Assembly: GCA_023213395.1 (NCBI GenBank)
Contig: CM041465.1
Span: 213,907,741 to 213,971,740 of the forward strand
Direction of reading: 5' to 3'
Length of the DNA: 64,000 bases
Source of the DNA: Cycas panzhihuaensis
Lineage: Eukaryota > Plantae > Cycadophyta
Of the stretch, positions 51,285-64,000 are shown piece after piece (position 1 is the stretch's first letter; each line of letters opens with the position of its first letter). The notes beneath the pieces were generated by a model. It was not told the DNA's origin and searched no databases. It worked only from the letters and a program-made list of their open reading frames with translations. The position numbers and the translations under genes are program-made.

Positions 51285-54200
51285 TGTTGAAATGTAATGT
51301 TTTATCTAGGTAAAGAGGGGTCATGTTGAGATCACCCTCAAATATAACTCTAATATGAGATTGTGACATTTGACTATCCTATATTGATTAATTACATGTC
51401 AATATGTAACAATCATCTTTATGATGTATATTTAAGGAGCATGAATCTCAATGAAACACAGGGCCATTCCTACCTCATCACAATTGAGTTTTTATCATGA
51501 AATCAGAGCAGGTTATTCTGCTTATTTGAGAGAGGGTCCTTGGTGACTATCAAAGACAATTATAAAATAAAGAAGCCAATAAACATAGGAGGTAATAGGG
51601 AGCAAAAACAAGTGTTAAGAAGAGCAGATTCATAAAAGACTGGAGATACTGTATGGATAGGATACAGAACCTGTATGAACAAAATTTTAAGTGTCTCAGA
51701 TTGAGATAAAATTTCACCAACAAGGAGATATCAATGACCCCATCACTTCTCTCTTAAGGTTCAAGTTTATTTGATGAAGTTTTAAAGGGGTTTTTGCTAG
51801 TTTTTCAGCTGTGCAATTTTGGAGGTATTCCTGTAGATTTCTCTCAAAATTTTTAAAATCTTTGGATTAAATTTGGTGTGAACTCTATGTTAGAGCCTTG
51901 GAAAGATTTCAAGATAGTTTTTAGATGATTTGATAAAGTATTTTTTATTTTTTAAGCAAAAATAGGTTTTGCCCTAGCCACGCCCTTTTGTCTTTCGACC
52001 CAGATTTCTCTTAATCCATAGACTGTTCTAGAAAATAATAATAGATCTAGAATCCTTGGCTCCTCCTCTTTCTTTTGAGGTACATTTTGTACCAATCCAT
52101 ATAGGTTCATTTCTGTACAAAAATCCATACAGGTGTATAGCCCAGACATTGTTAATCAGTTTTCTCTCTGTCTAAATGGCTTCTACCCTTATTTCCTTGC
52201 CAGAACTAGAAAAATTAACTGATTCAAACTATCATGTCTAGAAGATTAAGGTGGAAACTATCTTGAGAGTTAAAGATGTATGGAATATTACAATTGGAGC
52301 TGAAAGTCATCCTAATGACTCAGATACAAAGTTGGGAAGAAAGAAATAATATAGGTGTCCTCACTTTGAAAATGTCAAATTTTGACCCAATCTTGATTTA
52401 TGTTGAAAAATTGAATCTATCCTCTGAAATTTAGAAATGTCTTGAGAAATTGTATGGGCAAAAAAATAAGGCAAGAATAATTGCTCTTAAAGAGGAAATG
52501 TATAGACTTCACATGAGAGAAAATGAGAATATAATAGACTTTATGCATAAGGTTATTTCAATTCAAAATAATCTTTTGAGTGCAGGAGGTATGATTTCTA
52601 AACAAGAATTAGTAGAACTTGTGGCAACCAAGCTACTGAAATCTTTTGACATAACCATCAATACTACCACAAATAGTGATAAAATTAATAAGATAACACT
52701 TGATGAATTAACAGAATTATTGTTAAGACAGGAACAAAGAAACAAGAGGTATAAGAACTCTTTAGAATTGGAGGATGCCTTTACATCTAGATTGAACTTG
52801 GGCTCACATGGAAGGAATCAATTTTGTGGATGAGGCTTGATAGTAGATTCTAGAGGATGTGGACATTGGCAAGATTCAAAGGGATGTGGACGAAGCATAG
52901 ATACCAGAATCTATTTCAATTATGGAAAAACCAGGCACATCTCTAACAACTATAGAATTTTTGATATATGTTACCACTACAGACAAACTGGACATTATCC
53001 ATATCAGTGTCCATAGTGAAGAAGTGAGATACAAAAGGGAAAATGACCTGTTGGAGGATACAACAAAGAAAAAATAGAAGAAGAGACTACATTCATTGTT
53101 GCATTGGCTACCAGCTTAAAAGACAATGATATATGGTATATTGACTCAAGAGCATCGAGACATATGACTAGCCATGAGGATTGGCTTGAGACCCTAAAAC
53201 CCTATGACTTTGACAAATTAGTTGAATTAGGTGATAAACATTCACTTGATATAAAAGTGGTTGGGGCCATTTTAGTCAATCTACAGGGGGATATAAAGAA
53301 AATTAGAAATGTTTTGCTTGTTCTAGGACTAAAAATGAATCTTCTCTCTATTTTATAGCTGACCAAAATAGGGTTAAGAACAATTTTTGACGAAGAAGGA
53401 TACTGTTATATGAAAAAAGATGGATAAATCATTACAAAAGGAGTAAGATGTAATGATCTTTACAAACTTCTATTAGATCTTGTACTTCCTAACCTGGAAG
53501 AAAAGACTTGTACTGTTATCAAACCTGGTAATAAAACCTAGCATTTGAAGTATGGACATCTCCCAATTGAGACATTAAGATTAATGGAAAAACCAAGAAT
53601 GGTAAATGAATTGCCTTACATCTCCTCTGATAATTTTATTTATAAAAGTTGTTAATTTAGCAAACAACACATGCATCCCTTCAAAGAAAGCACGTGGAAA
53701 GCATAATCAAAGCTGGAAATGATTCATATAGAACACTGCTCTTAGTAAATGGATGCAGATATTTTCTAACATTTATTGATAATTTCACTCGAAAGGTATA
53801 GGTATACTTTCTTCATAATAAGTCAGAAGTTTTTGAAGCATTTAAAGAATTCAAAGTAGAAGTAGAGTTAGAGTCAGGAACAAAAGTTAAATGTATTAGA
53901 TCAAATGGAAGGGGTGAATATATATCAAAGGAATTCCTAAATTATTGTAAGGTTCAAGGAATTCACAGACAGATTACAACTTCTTACACGCCACAGTCGA
54001 ATGGAGTAGCTAAAAGAAAAAATAGAACCTTAATGGAGATGGCTAGGAGTATGGTTTATGGAAAGAATGTATCAAAATGTTATTAGGCGGGCGATGGCTT
54101 GATTGTTATCTAATAAACCGAAGTCCAATAAAAGCTTTAAAGGATATCACTCCATAAGAAGCCTGGACAAGTAAGAAACCTGATGCAAGTCTACTTAAAA

Positions 54201-56453
54201 TTTTTGGTAGTCAAGCATTTGTTCATATACCTGACAAAAAAAGGTCAAAATTAGATGCAAAAAGCATATAATATATTATGATAGGTTATAGCAAAAACTC
54301 AAAAGCCTACACATGCATAGACCCTAAAACCAATAAGATCTATGTAAGCAAAGATGTAATTTTCAATGAAGAAGATGATTTCAATGAACCTACACAAGTC
54401 AAAGTAATTGAAGAAAGTGGAAAAGAGATTGATTAAGAAGCTACAAAGGAGACTGAGCAAGAAGCTGCATCAAAAATCACATCAAAAGAAGGGATTTCCT
54501 TTCCATCATCATCAGATCCAACAATAGACGAAGCAGAATCTATCTTAGAATAACCAACAAAGGAGTCTGATAGTAAGGAAGACTCACAAAAATAAAAGAA
54601 GTTACCTAAATGGTACATTAATATAATTGAGGAAGGAAAAGGCAATATAGCGAAACATAAAAGAAGAAGTCAAAGAACAAAAGCTCTACTAAGCAGAATC
54701 AAACCTCAAACTTTTCAAGAAGCCAAAGATCAATAGGTGTGGAAGGTTGCAATGGATAGTGAAATGTACTCAATTAAAAGGAATCGGACATGGGAATTGG
54801 TAGAATTTCCTACCAACAAATCTCCTATCAGTTGTAAATGGGTCTTCAAATCCAAATAAAGAATGGATGGTAAAATAGAAAAGTATAAAGCAAGATTAGT
54901 CGTAAAAGAATACACGCAAACAACCAGGGTAGACTTTGATGAAACATTCTCTCCTATGGCCAAAATGAACACTGTAAGAATAGTAATTGCACTAGCTGTG
55001 ACACAAACTTGGAAGGTCTTCCAATTAGATGTAAAGAGCTCTTTCTTGAATAGTGAACTAGAGGAAGAAGTATACATGAAACAACTTAAAGGATATATTA
55101 AAGAAGGGCAAGAAAATCTATTTTGTAGATTAAAAAAAGTATTATATGGACTGAAGCAGGCTCCTCAAGCCTGGTATGCTAAGTTAGATCACTTTCTAGA
55201 AGAGAACAACTTTAAGTGATGTAACTTAGACCCCAGTCTATACATAAGGAAAAGGGATGGCAAAGTTACAATAATTGTGGTTTATTTTGATGATATGCTT
55301 CTCACTGGTAATGATGAAGAAGGCATTAAAGACATAAAAGAATAGCTCTAATAAAAGTTTGAAATGATAGACTTGGGTCCCTTGAAGTATTACCTAGGAC
55401 TATAGATAGATCAACAACATAGTTATATAACTCTGTCCTAGAGCAATTATATTAAAAATTTACTTGTTAGGTTTCAGATGGAAAATTACAACCCTTGTGT
55501 AACACCCATAGAAACAAATTGTGAACTAATGGCAGATGATATGGAGGAGGTTGTAGACATCACTCTATACAGACAAATGATTGGAAGCCTAATTTATCTA
55601 ATAGCTACCAGGCCTGACATATCTCACTCAGTGGGACTAGTATCCAGATATATGTAGAATCCAAAATTAAGACACTAGAAGGCTATAAAGAGAATACTGA
55701 GATATCTAAAGGGAATAACAAACTTAAAACTAGTATATCTAGAAAGAGGACCAACTAAATTGTCAAGATATTGCGACTCTGACTAGGCTGGAGACAAGGA
55801 ATAAAGGAAGTCCACTAGTGGATACTATTTCTTCCTGGGCTCTTCAACAATTTCATGATACAGTAAATAATAAGTTATGGTTGCATTGTCTTCCACAGAA
55901 ACATAATATAAGGCTGCCACAATAGTAACTTGCAAAGCTATTTGGTTGAGGCAACTTCTGATAGACTTGGAACAACAACAAAATAAACCAACTTCCCTAA
56001 AATGTGACAATCAGAGTGCCATCAAGCTGACCAAAAATCTAGTTCTTCATGCAAGGACAAAGCACATAGAAGTTCATTATTATTTCATAAGAGAAAAAGT
56101 ACATAACAAGGAAATTGACCTGGAATATTGTCTGTCATTAGAATAAATTGCAGATCTTCTAATAAAACCTCTTGGGAAAGAAAGAATTCAATATCTAAGA
56201 AACAAAATAAATCCATTAGAGATAAAACATTAAGAGAGGGTGTTGAAATGTAATGTTTTATCTAGGTAAAGAGGGGTCATGTTGAGATCACCCTCAAATG
56301 TAACTCTAATATGAGATTATGACACTTGGATGTCCTATATTGATCAGTTACATCTCAATATGTAATGGTCATCTTTATGATGTATATTTAAGGAGCATGA
56401 ATCTCAATGAAACACAGGGCCATTCTTACCTTATCTCAATTGAGTTTTCATCA
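51285..56453 (+). mobile_element. Ty1/copia LTR retrotransposon H, full length, decayed
   Basis: 213-bp LTRs 51285-51497 and 56241-56453 (16 differences by hand count). TSD ATAGG/ATAGA, PBS TGAAATCAGAGC at 51498-51509, PPT AAGAGAGGG at 56232-56240. Confidence 0.95.
52176..56233 (+). pseudogene. Copia gag-pol of element H
   Basis: EKLTDSNYHV*KIK (gag), WYIDSRASRHMT (protease), IRSNGRGEY (integrase), KYKARLVVK, FQLDVKSSFLN and YGLKQAPQAWY (RT), CDNQSAIKL..HARTKHIEV (RNase H). Confidence 0.94.
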
Positions 56454-57817
56454 ATAGACACATGTGACTTACCATACTTTAAGCTATTTAGTAGTTAGAT
56501 TTTTGAACTTATGGTTTATACTCTTTATGAAGGTAGCCATAATTTATACTTATTAGAGAGTAGGTTATATGAATTTTAAGGAATTACTTATTTTCTTTTA
56601 CTAATGTGAAGAAGATCTTCTTTAGAAAGAATCACTTACTTATCACTAGGTAAAAGGATGGAAGGGATAATAAAGTTAACTACCTATTTCCCTTTATCTA
56701 TGAGAGGGAAGTCTTCTTTATAAGGGACCATTTACTCATTGTTAGGCAAAGGTTCAACTTTTTTAAAAGATATATAAGGAAACTTAGACTTAGGAGGTGA
56801 AGTGGAAAAATTAAGGTTACTATTTTAGGTTTGTCTCCTCCTATTATTATTGTAATAATTTTATTTTTATTGTGGTTGTTTGTTACCTTTGAGCTCCATC
56901 TTACAAAGAGTCCAAGATTGATCATAAGAGTGACTCTTCATGCCATGAAGAGTACACCATGAACTAATGTATATATATGGATGTAGAATGTATTTTTTGA
57001 TAAAATTAATAATTTTAACTATGTTCTCTCTATATAACTAAAACATGGAGAGTTAAATACCCTATTTAAGAGTCTCTAAATATTGATTAAGGCTAATTTG
57101 TTATTGTTCTGAAGTGACTTGATAAGCATGAGTGGATTGTGATACATAACTAGGTTGAATAACCTGTATGAGAGGGTTTAAACCTTGATTGAGTATGGAT
57201 GTAGATGTGGAACCAATGTGATATCACAATCAAGGGATTTGATATGTTTGCAAATTGGGTACCCCCATGGAATTTGATGCCATGGGACTATATGAGGCAA
57301 CATCTTAAGATAAGGAAATTTAAGAAGATGGAGAAATCTTCCTTGTATTAAGGCTTGTCTTGCTAAATCTTTAAGAATATTTAATATTAAAGATAACGTT
57401 TGAGAAAATATATTAACATTAGTGGATATTAATATTAAGATCTATAAAAGTTTAATAAGTTAAACTATCAAATTTTAAATTTATAAGTTTCAAGATTTAA
57501 TATCCATCATTTTAGCTTATAACTATAATAAGACTAGCTATGAGACCAATGGTTATAAGGAAGAACTAAGTAAAGTAGTTCTTAAGATTATGAGGAAGAG
57601 ATAGAAAGTGATTTCAAAATAAATGTCTAAGGATTTTTTGGATCTATCTCATGAATAGATTATGAGAATAGCTCAACTTCAATGTTTTGGGAAGGTGAAG
57701 GAGTAAGAGAATATGATCTAGTGTCATCTTTTAACAAAGGTGAAGTAAAAGGAGAAAATGTATATATATCCTCAAGAATGTTTTCTATAATGTGTTGGTT
57801 AGCAATAGGATCAAGGA

Positions 57818-58678
<861 letters not shown>

Positions 58679-58919
58679 AGGTTTCAAAAGACGTTTTAGG
58701 TGAATATTGCACCACAAAAGAAAAACTTGATTGTGAGAAGTAAATATTGATAGAGGGATCATTTGAAGTCATAATGTAAAATCAAAGTGAATAAAAGATT
58801 ACCTATTCCAAAGAAAGATTGAGAAGACAAAGTTTAAGTATGGTTGTCACAATAATTATAACATGAGGACTTCTAAACATAAGCTATGATGAAATGGATG
58901 CTATATTGAGTAAGAGGGG

Positions 58920-60958
58920 TAAAATAAATAATAAGATAAGAAATAACTCCCCAATATGGTCATCCAAATGTTTATTTAATAATAAGGCCTTATTCTTTTA
59001 ATTTAAGAAAATACTTAAAGACATAAAAAAACTAGAAGAAAAAAATAAAACTTACTCTTGTAAGGAACTCTATGCCTATGAGTAATGAGAGAATATTTAT
59101 GTGTATGCATGGGCATCAATTATATGAGAATATTTCAGAGAGTAACAAAGTATCTTTTATGAGGATTTATAAATTTTTTATTGCATTAATTTATTTTGTA
59201 TATTTTCCCAAAATAAATCAATATATTCTTTATTACTATTTAATTTACTAAATCAATCAAACAAAACATGTAAAATAAATCAAATAAGCCATAAAGATAG
59301 TCTTACATGGTTTGCTACTTAATGAGCATCTTTACTTGATGATAAATGAGTGTGTAAGTATATTCTTTTCTTATCTAATCTTATTCTTCCTATAAAATAA
59401 TGCTAAGAGAATGCTTCCAAGTACCCATTAATATTAGGAAAAACTAATTAAAGAGTATATAGGGGTTAACTCAAGATCTAAATAAAGCTATGTGAGTGCA
59501 TTTGGTAGTTACTCTAAAATAATATGCGAAGGAAATAAACAAGACAAGTAAGAGGAACAAGTAATTATAAGATCAAAAAGCCATAAATAAGTATTTAACA
59601 AATAATAAAAAAGACTTAAAATTAAATTATAATAAGAGGAAAACAAATAAAATAAGTTAATCAATACATAATATAGAAATAGGTGATGCCATAATAGAAT
59701 AATCAAAGACTCACAATAGTAATGTGGATAAACAAAAGTGATATATGATATAAAAAAATAATACTATAAAAGAGCAATAGTGAACTTACAATGATACTAC
59801 AAATGTTATAAAGAGATGTATAATATTATAGAGATAAGTGTGGCGATATTATATATATGTTAAAAGTGAGGCACACTAAAGGAATATCTAATACTATGGA
59901 AATAATAAAAGGGAGATGTAGCATGATTATAGGAAAATAATATATGATAGTAAAATAGTAAGCTAGATTTTGAAAGTGCAATCAAAATAAATAAGGAATA
60001 CATCAATCCTCAGTCTAATAACAAAAATAAATAAAAACTTAAATGGGAGTGCACCTTGTTTAATCAAAAGAAAATAAGAATGAAGGTTATTTTAGGGTTT
60101 TAGACCTAAAGAACTCTTAAGATACTTAAGATAATATAGGTTTAAGAAAAGCTATTTTTAATGTGTAAATTTAAAGGATTAACCCTTAAATTCATGTAAA
60201 TGTCAGTTTTTTAAAGAAACAAATTGTTTTATAGGGTCTAATTATGAAGCCAACCTCAAGATCCATAAAATTAGGATAATAAAATAATACATAAATATAA
60301 AAGATACATAACTTCCTTATATGGTGGTTTTTTAACCCATGACCACTCAATTCACATCTAATTGAGTAGATCCACAAAATAGATAATGTGAAGAAAGCAA
60401 CTACAATTAAAATCAAGGTTAAAGATGTAAAAGAAGATAAATATAAGTGAGAAATAATAGAGAATGTTTGTGTTGACCAAACCAAATTTCTCAAAGGAGC
60501 ACAAACTCATGTTTAACTCATAAGATAACTAACTTAAGGAAAACTTAAGTCATATTTGGTCCATGTAAGTTAACTCAAAGGAGCTAAGAGAGATTTTAAA
60601 ATAATTAAGAGAAATTAATGACTATTATGTGACTCAAACTATGAATTTGTACCTCCGTAACATAGAGGGATATAGAGAGATTGATCCATTTTCCATCATC
60701 GGCATATGAGAAGATGTAATATATACAAACAAATGAAATAAATACTTAATCAAATATAGTGTAAGATAAATGATAAACAAATGTAGAAAATTAGATATAC
60801 TATCAAGTAAATAATAGGCAAATGTAGTTCATCAAATATAACATAAGGTAAATCAAAAGTAGTGAATATATATCTACCGAGCGAGAAATAATTTTATAAC
60901 TAATATTTCTATAATTTAGGTAGGCAGCCCAAAATTAAGGAAATAGGGGATATTTATA
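58920..60958 (-). repeat. ~2 kb LTR-like dispersed repeat, copy 2
   Basis: Colinear with 40810-42794; ends GGGGATATTTATA (reverse complement ~T(G>A)TAAATATCCCC). Confidence 0.7.
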
Positions 60959-62809
60959 ATTAGTAGTAAAAGATAATATCAAGGAGGCCAATCATCTAGG
61001 TTTCAACTTTTTCTTAATAAGTTAGAAATTAGAGGCTAGGTCAACATCATTATCAAACTCTTCTTTAATGGATACTAGTGAAGGGAGTCAGTCATCATCT
61101 TAAGGGATGCTATTTGAAACTTCTTTATATATTACAACTAACTACCAATGAACTAGATTCAAAGACACCCCTATAAGAATGACTACCAAATCCATTATAC
61201 TAATGGATAGATGGGAGCAGGGGAGGGAGGAGGGAGAGAAGGGTTGATCCTACATTTTGTGGCTCAAAACTAGATCCATACCTTCATATTTACCAAGTGT
61301 GGTAAAATTATCAGATGGTCTTGTTGCCTCATATAAATTAATGAAGGCCATGATACTACTAAGCAAATACTTTAGCATGTTTGTATTAGTACAATAGCAC
61401 CCAAAGAAGCCTTCATCTATAATAGCAAGGAATGCAATAATCTAAAGAAAAATTCTATAAGATAAAGGTAAGATTCCTTTATAAAAAGGATAAGGATGCA
61501 TAATTTACATAAATTCCAAAGAATATTAATTCATAAAACATATGGAGCATCATAAAAGTCTCTATAAAAAGAATCAAAATTACAAAAAAAATAGCTAGTA
61601 TGTTAAATACTTAAAAATAGGCAACAACATTAAGTTCTTCTACTAGTAACTATGTCTAAGTAGTAGATGGACATACCTAAATCAAATGGAAGGTTGATTT
61701 TAACTTGCCTATAAGAGGGATGGTAAATAGAGATCTTGACCTTCATCGACCTATCTTTAGTCATTAGGCCATTATGTAAAATAAGCAAGATAAAGAGTAT
61801 TTTTCTTACATGCCACATTAACATGCCATAGAGAATGCACACGAATTAACTAAATCTCTATAATATTATGATAATTTTAAATTCTATTTGATTTACTTCT
61901 CAAATCTAGATGAATAAGTAATAAATTATACATTTTCTTTACTTGGAAGTGGAGATAAGGCATTATAAGTTCTCAGAGCTAGTCAACCCATTGGGAGGTA
62001 AAGGAAAGAACATGTAAACAAATGTTAAAATTATTCTTGATAGATTCCTTAATTAATCCAAAGAGGAATCCATGGGAAGGTAGAAGTTTCTATTTGGTTT
62101 GGAAGATATCTCATCACAGAATCTATATAAAGTTATTATCAAGTAAATGACCAACTAAAAATATTTCCTTTTAGTACTAAATCTTAGAAAACCAACTATC
62201 TAGTAGAGAAAAGCTTGTGTTACTCTAGACAAGTAGCCTTGACCACCAAAGGGAAATATTTTAACCTATAAATACATGATGTACCAAGTCACCATTCCAC
62301 ACTAGTAATTTATCACAAGCACATTAAGCTTACTAGATTAACTCAATGGTCAATAATCCTTTAATTTTGAACTTGGCTAGGCATAACATAAGCTACAATA
62401 ACAAAAAGTTTTCCTAAGCCTTAAGCCTAAGTATAAGAACATTAGAGATATAAAAATGTAAGAGAACTTATCAAGGAATACCACCTTTCTAAAACTTAAC
62501 TATGCATTTTAAATCCATTGCTTACTTCTAAATAAAGATACACCCAAGGCCCCCATCATCAATTGAATTACAACAAACATTCCATGCAACCTTGGGGATA
62601 TTATGTTTTTTAGTTGTACATGATCATAACAAATTCCTAATTAAGGATTAAAATAACTAATAAATTAAAGCCGAAAGAAGTAATATACATAGAGGGATAA
62701 TAAATATTTTTATATAACTTGAACCCTCCCTACTAGAGAGAGATATTTAGTAGATTATAAGAGAATATTTAATGTGCTTATTATATAATTTACTCCTACA
62801 TTTAATAAG

Positions 62810-63990
62810 AGGTGATTTCAAATATAAATGGAATTCTAAGAAGTCAAATTATTTCCCCATTTTTATGTAGCTTCCATTCCAAATTTATGACCCATAGAGG
62901 TAGGGGCCTAATGCTAAAAAAATAACAAATAGCCTTTTGAGATTAATTGGAGGAATTAGAGGCTAAACAAATGTAGTTAATATTATATGTTAGACATTGG
63001 GCATTGGCTTCTTTTATAATAGGTGTAAGAAATATGTCATCAATAAATTAACCATATAACAATTATTTACCAAAGTGGAAAGGGGAAATTACTCTACGAT
63101 AATGAGCTCATTAAGTTTGATGAATTAGACAACTTATATCATCAACAACCAAATAATATAATAATAGAGAAAGAGGTTAGCCCTATTTAATAGACCTAGA
63201 CAAATAGGTTATTGAGGAAACCATCCATAATGACCAAATATAAATGGGCATTAGCCAATAACATGTTAACCATACGAACAAACATGGACCTAAATCCTTG
63301 TTTAGAGAGCATAAAAGAAATGAAGTCCCATTTAATTTTTTCACAAGTTTTTTCAAACTCAATATTACTAATGTAGACTCTTAAGCCCACTCAACTACTT
63401 CCCATAATGAGGGATATTATCTACAATATTGCAATCTCTAACAAGCTTAATTTATTCAAGGCACCCTATCTTATCAAGAATGAAGTGGATCTGAAATACC
63501 AAGGTTTTTGCCAAAATCTTGTATATTATATTCAACAAAGTAATGGGATGCCAAACTCCTATTAAGAGTGGATCCCCTTCCTATTAAAGAATAAGATTAT
63601 GGATGTTAGTATTGGTATGAATGGTAAGTTGGAAAGAGGCAATCACTTCCTTATACATCAAAAATAAATCATGACTAATAGTTTTCTAGAGGGCTTTATA
63701 AAATTCAATAATGAGTACATCATCATTGGGGTCTTTTCTTCTACCATAATCCTTAAGGGATTTTTTGATTTATATTTAGTAAAAGGTCTATCAAACTAAA
63801 TGTGACTACACAAATTGATTTTAGAGAGAATAACATCCATATCTTTGACTTTTCAATGAGCCTTTTAGTAGACATGGGAGGTGAGGTAAATGTATAAGTA
63901 AAATGCTCAATAAACATATTGTGCATTATATGGTAATCATTAATAATAAAATTATGACTAGCCTATAAAGTAGTAATAAGAGATACTTGG
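62810..63990 (-). mobile_element. L1-type LINE ORF2 reverse transcriptase remnant
   Basis: Minus motifs in the expected order: KDPNDDV..EFYK (~KxPGxDG..EFY), PITLLNIIYKILAK, EFEKTCEKIKWDF..KQGF (~DFEKAYDRVxW), SRSIK*G*PLS (~SIRQGCPLS), VDD, LLRIPF. Confidence 0.85.
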
Positions 63991-64000
63991 TATCTCCTCT

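Overview
This is an AT-rich (roughly 30% GC by eye), CpG-poor eukaryotic window, almost certainly intergenic or intronic heterochromatin of a large land-plant genome (gymnosperm-like; species is inference only). No intact host gene, RNA gene or CRISPR array is visible; everything identifiable is decayed transposable-element sequence. There are four Ty1/copia LTR retrotransposons: A 15085-20382 (+), B 13190-26080 (-), G 43946-51110 (+, 3' LTR mostly lost) and H 51285-56453 (+). Two truncated copies of one Met-primed Ty3/gypsy family (C ~4440-9425 (-), D 30462-34134 (+)) and a split Tekay/Del-type chromovirus (F) are also present. Other elements are a pol-less LTR element (E 11404-29633), LTR fragments, a probable CACTA end, LINE remnants and microsatellites. 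F>E>B>A form a four-level nested stack; the reading frames of F and B rejoin when their inserts are removed. The best candidate for something undescribed is an apparently codon-constrained antisense reading frame, possibly spliced, between the PBS and gag of the C/D gypsy family. Also notable are a strong CpA>TpA (RIP-like) decay signature and a GC-rich hairpin/G-run array in the LTRs of element A.
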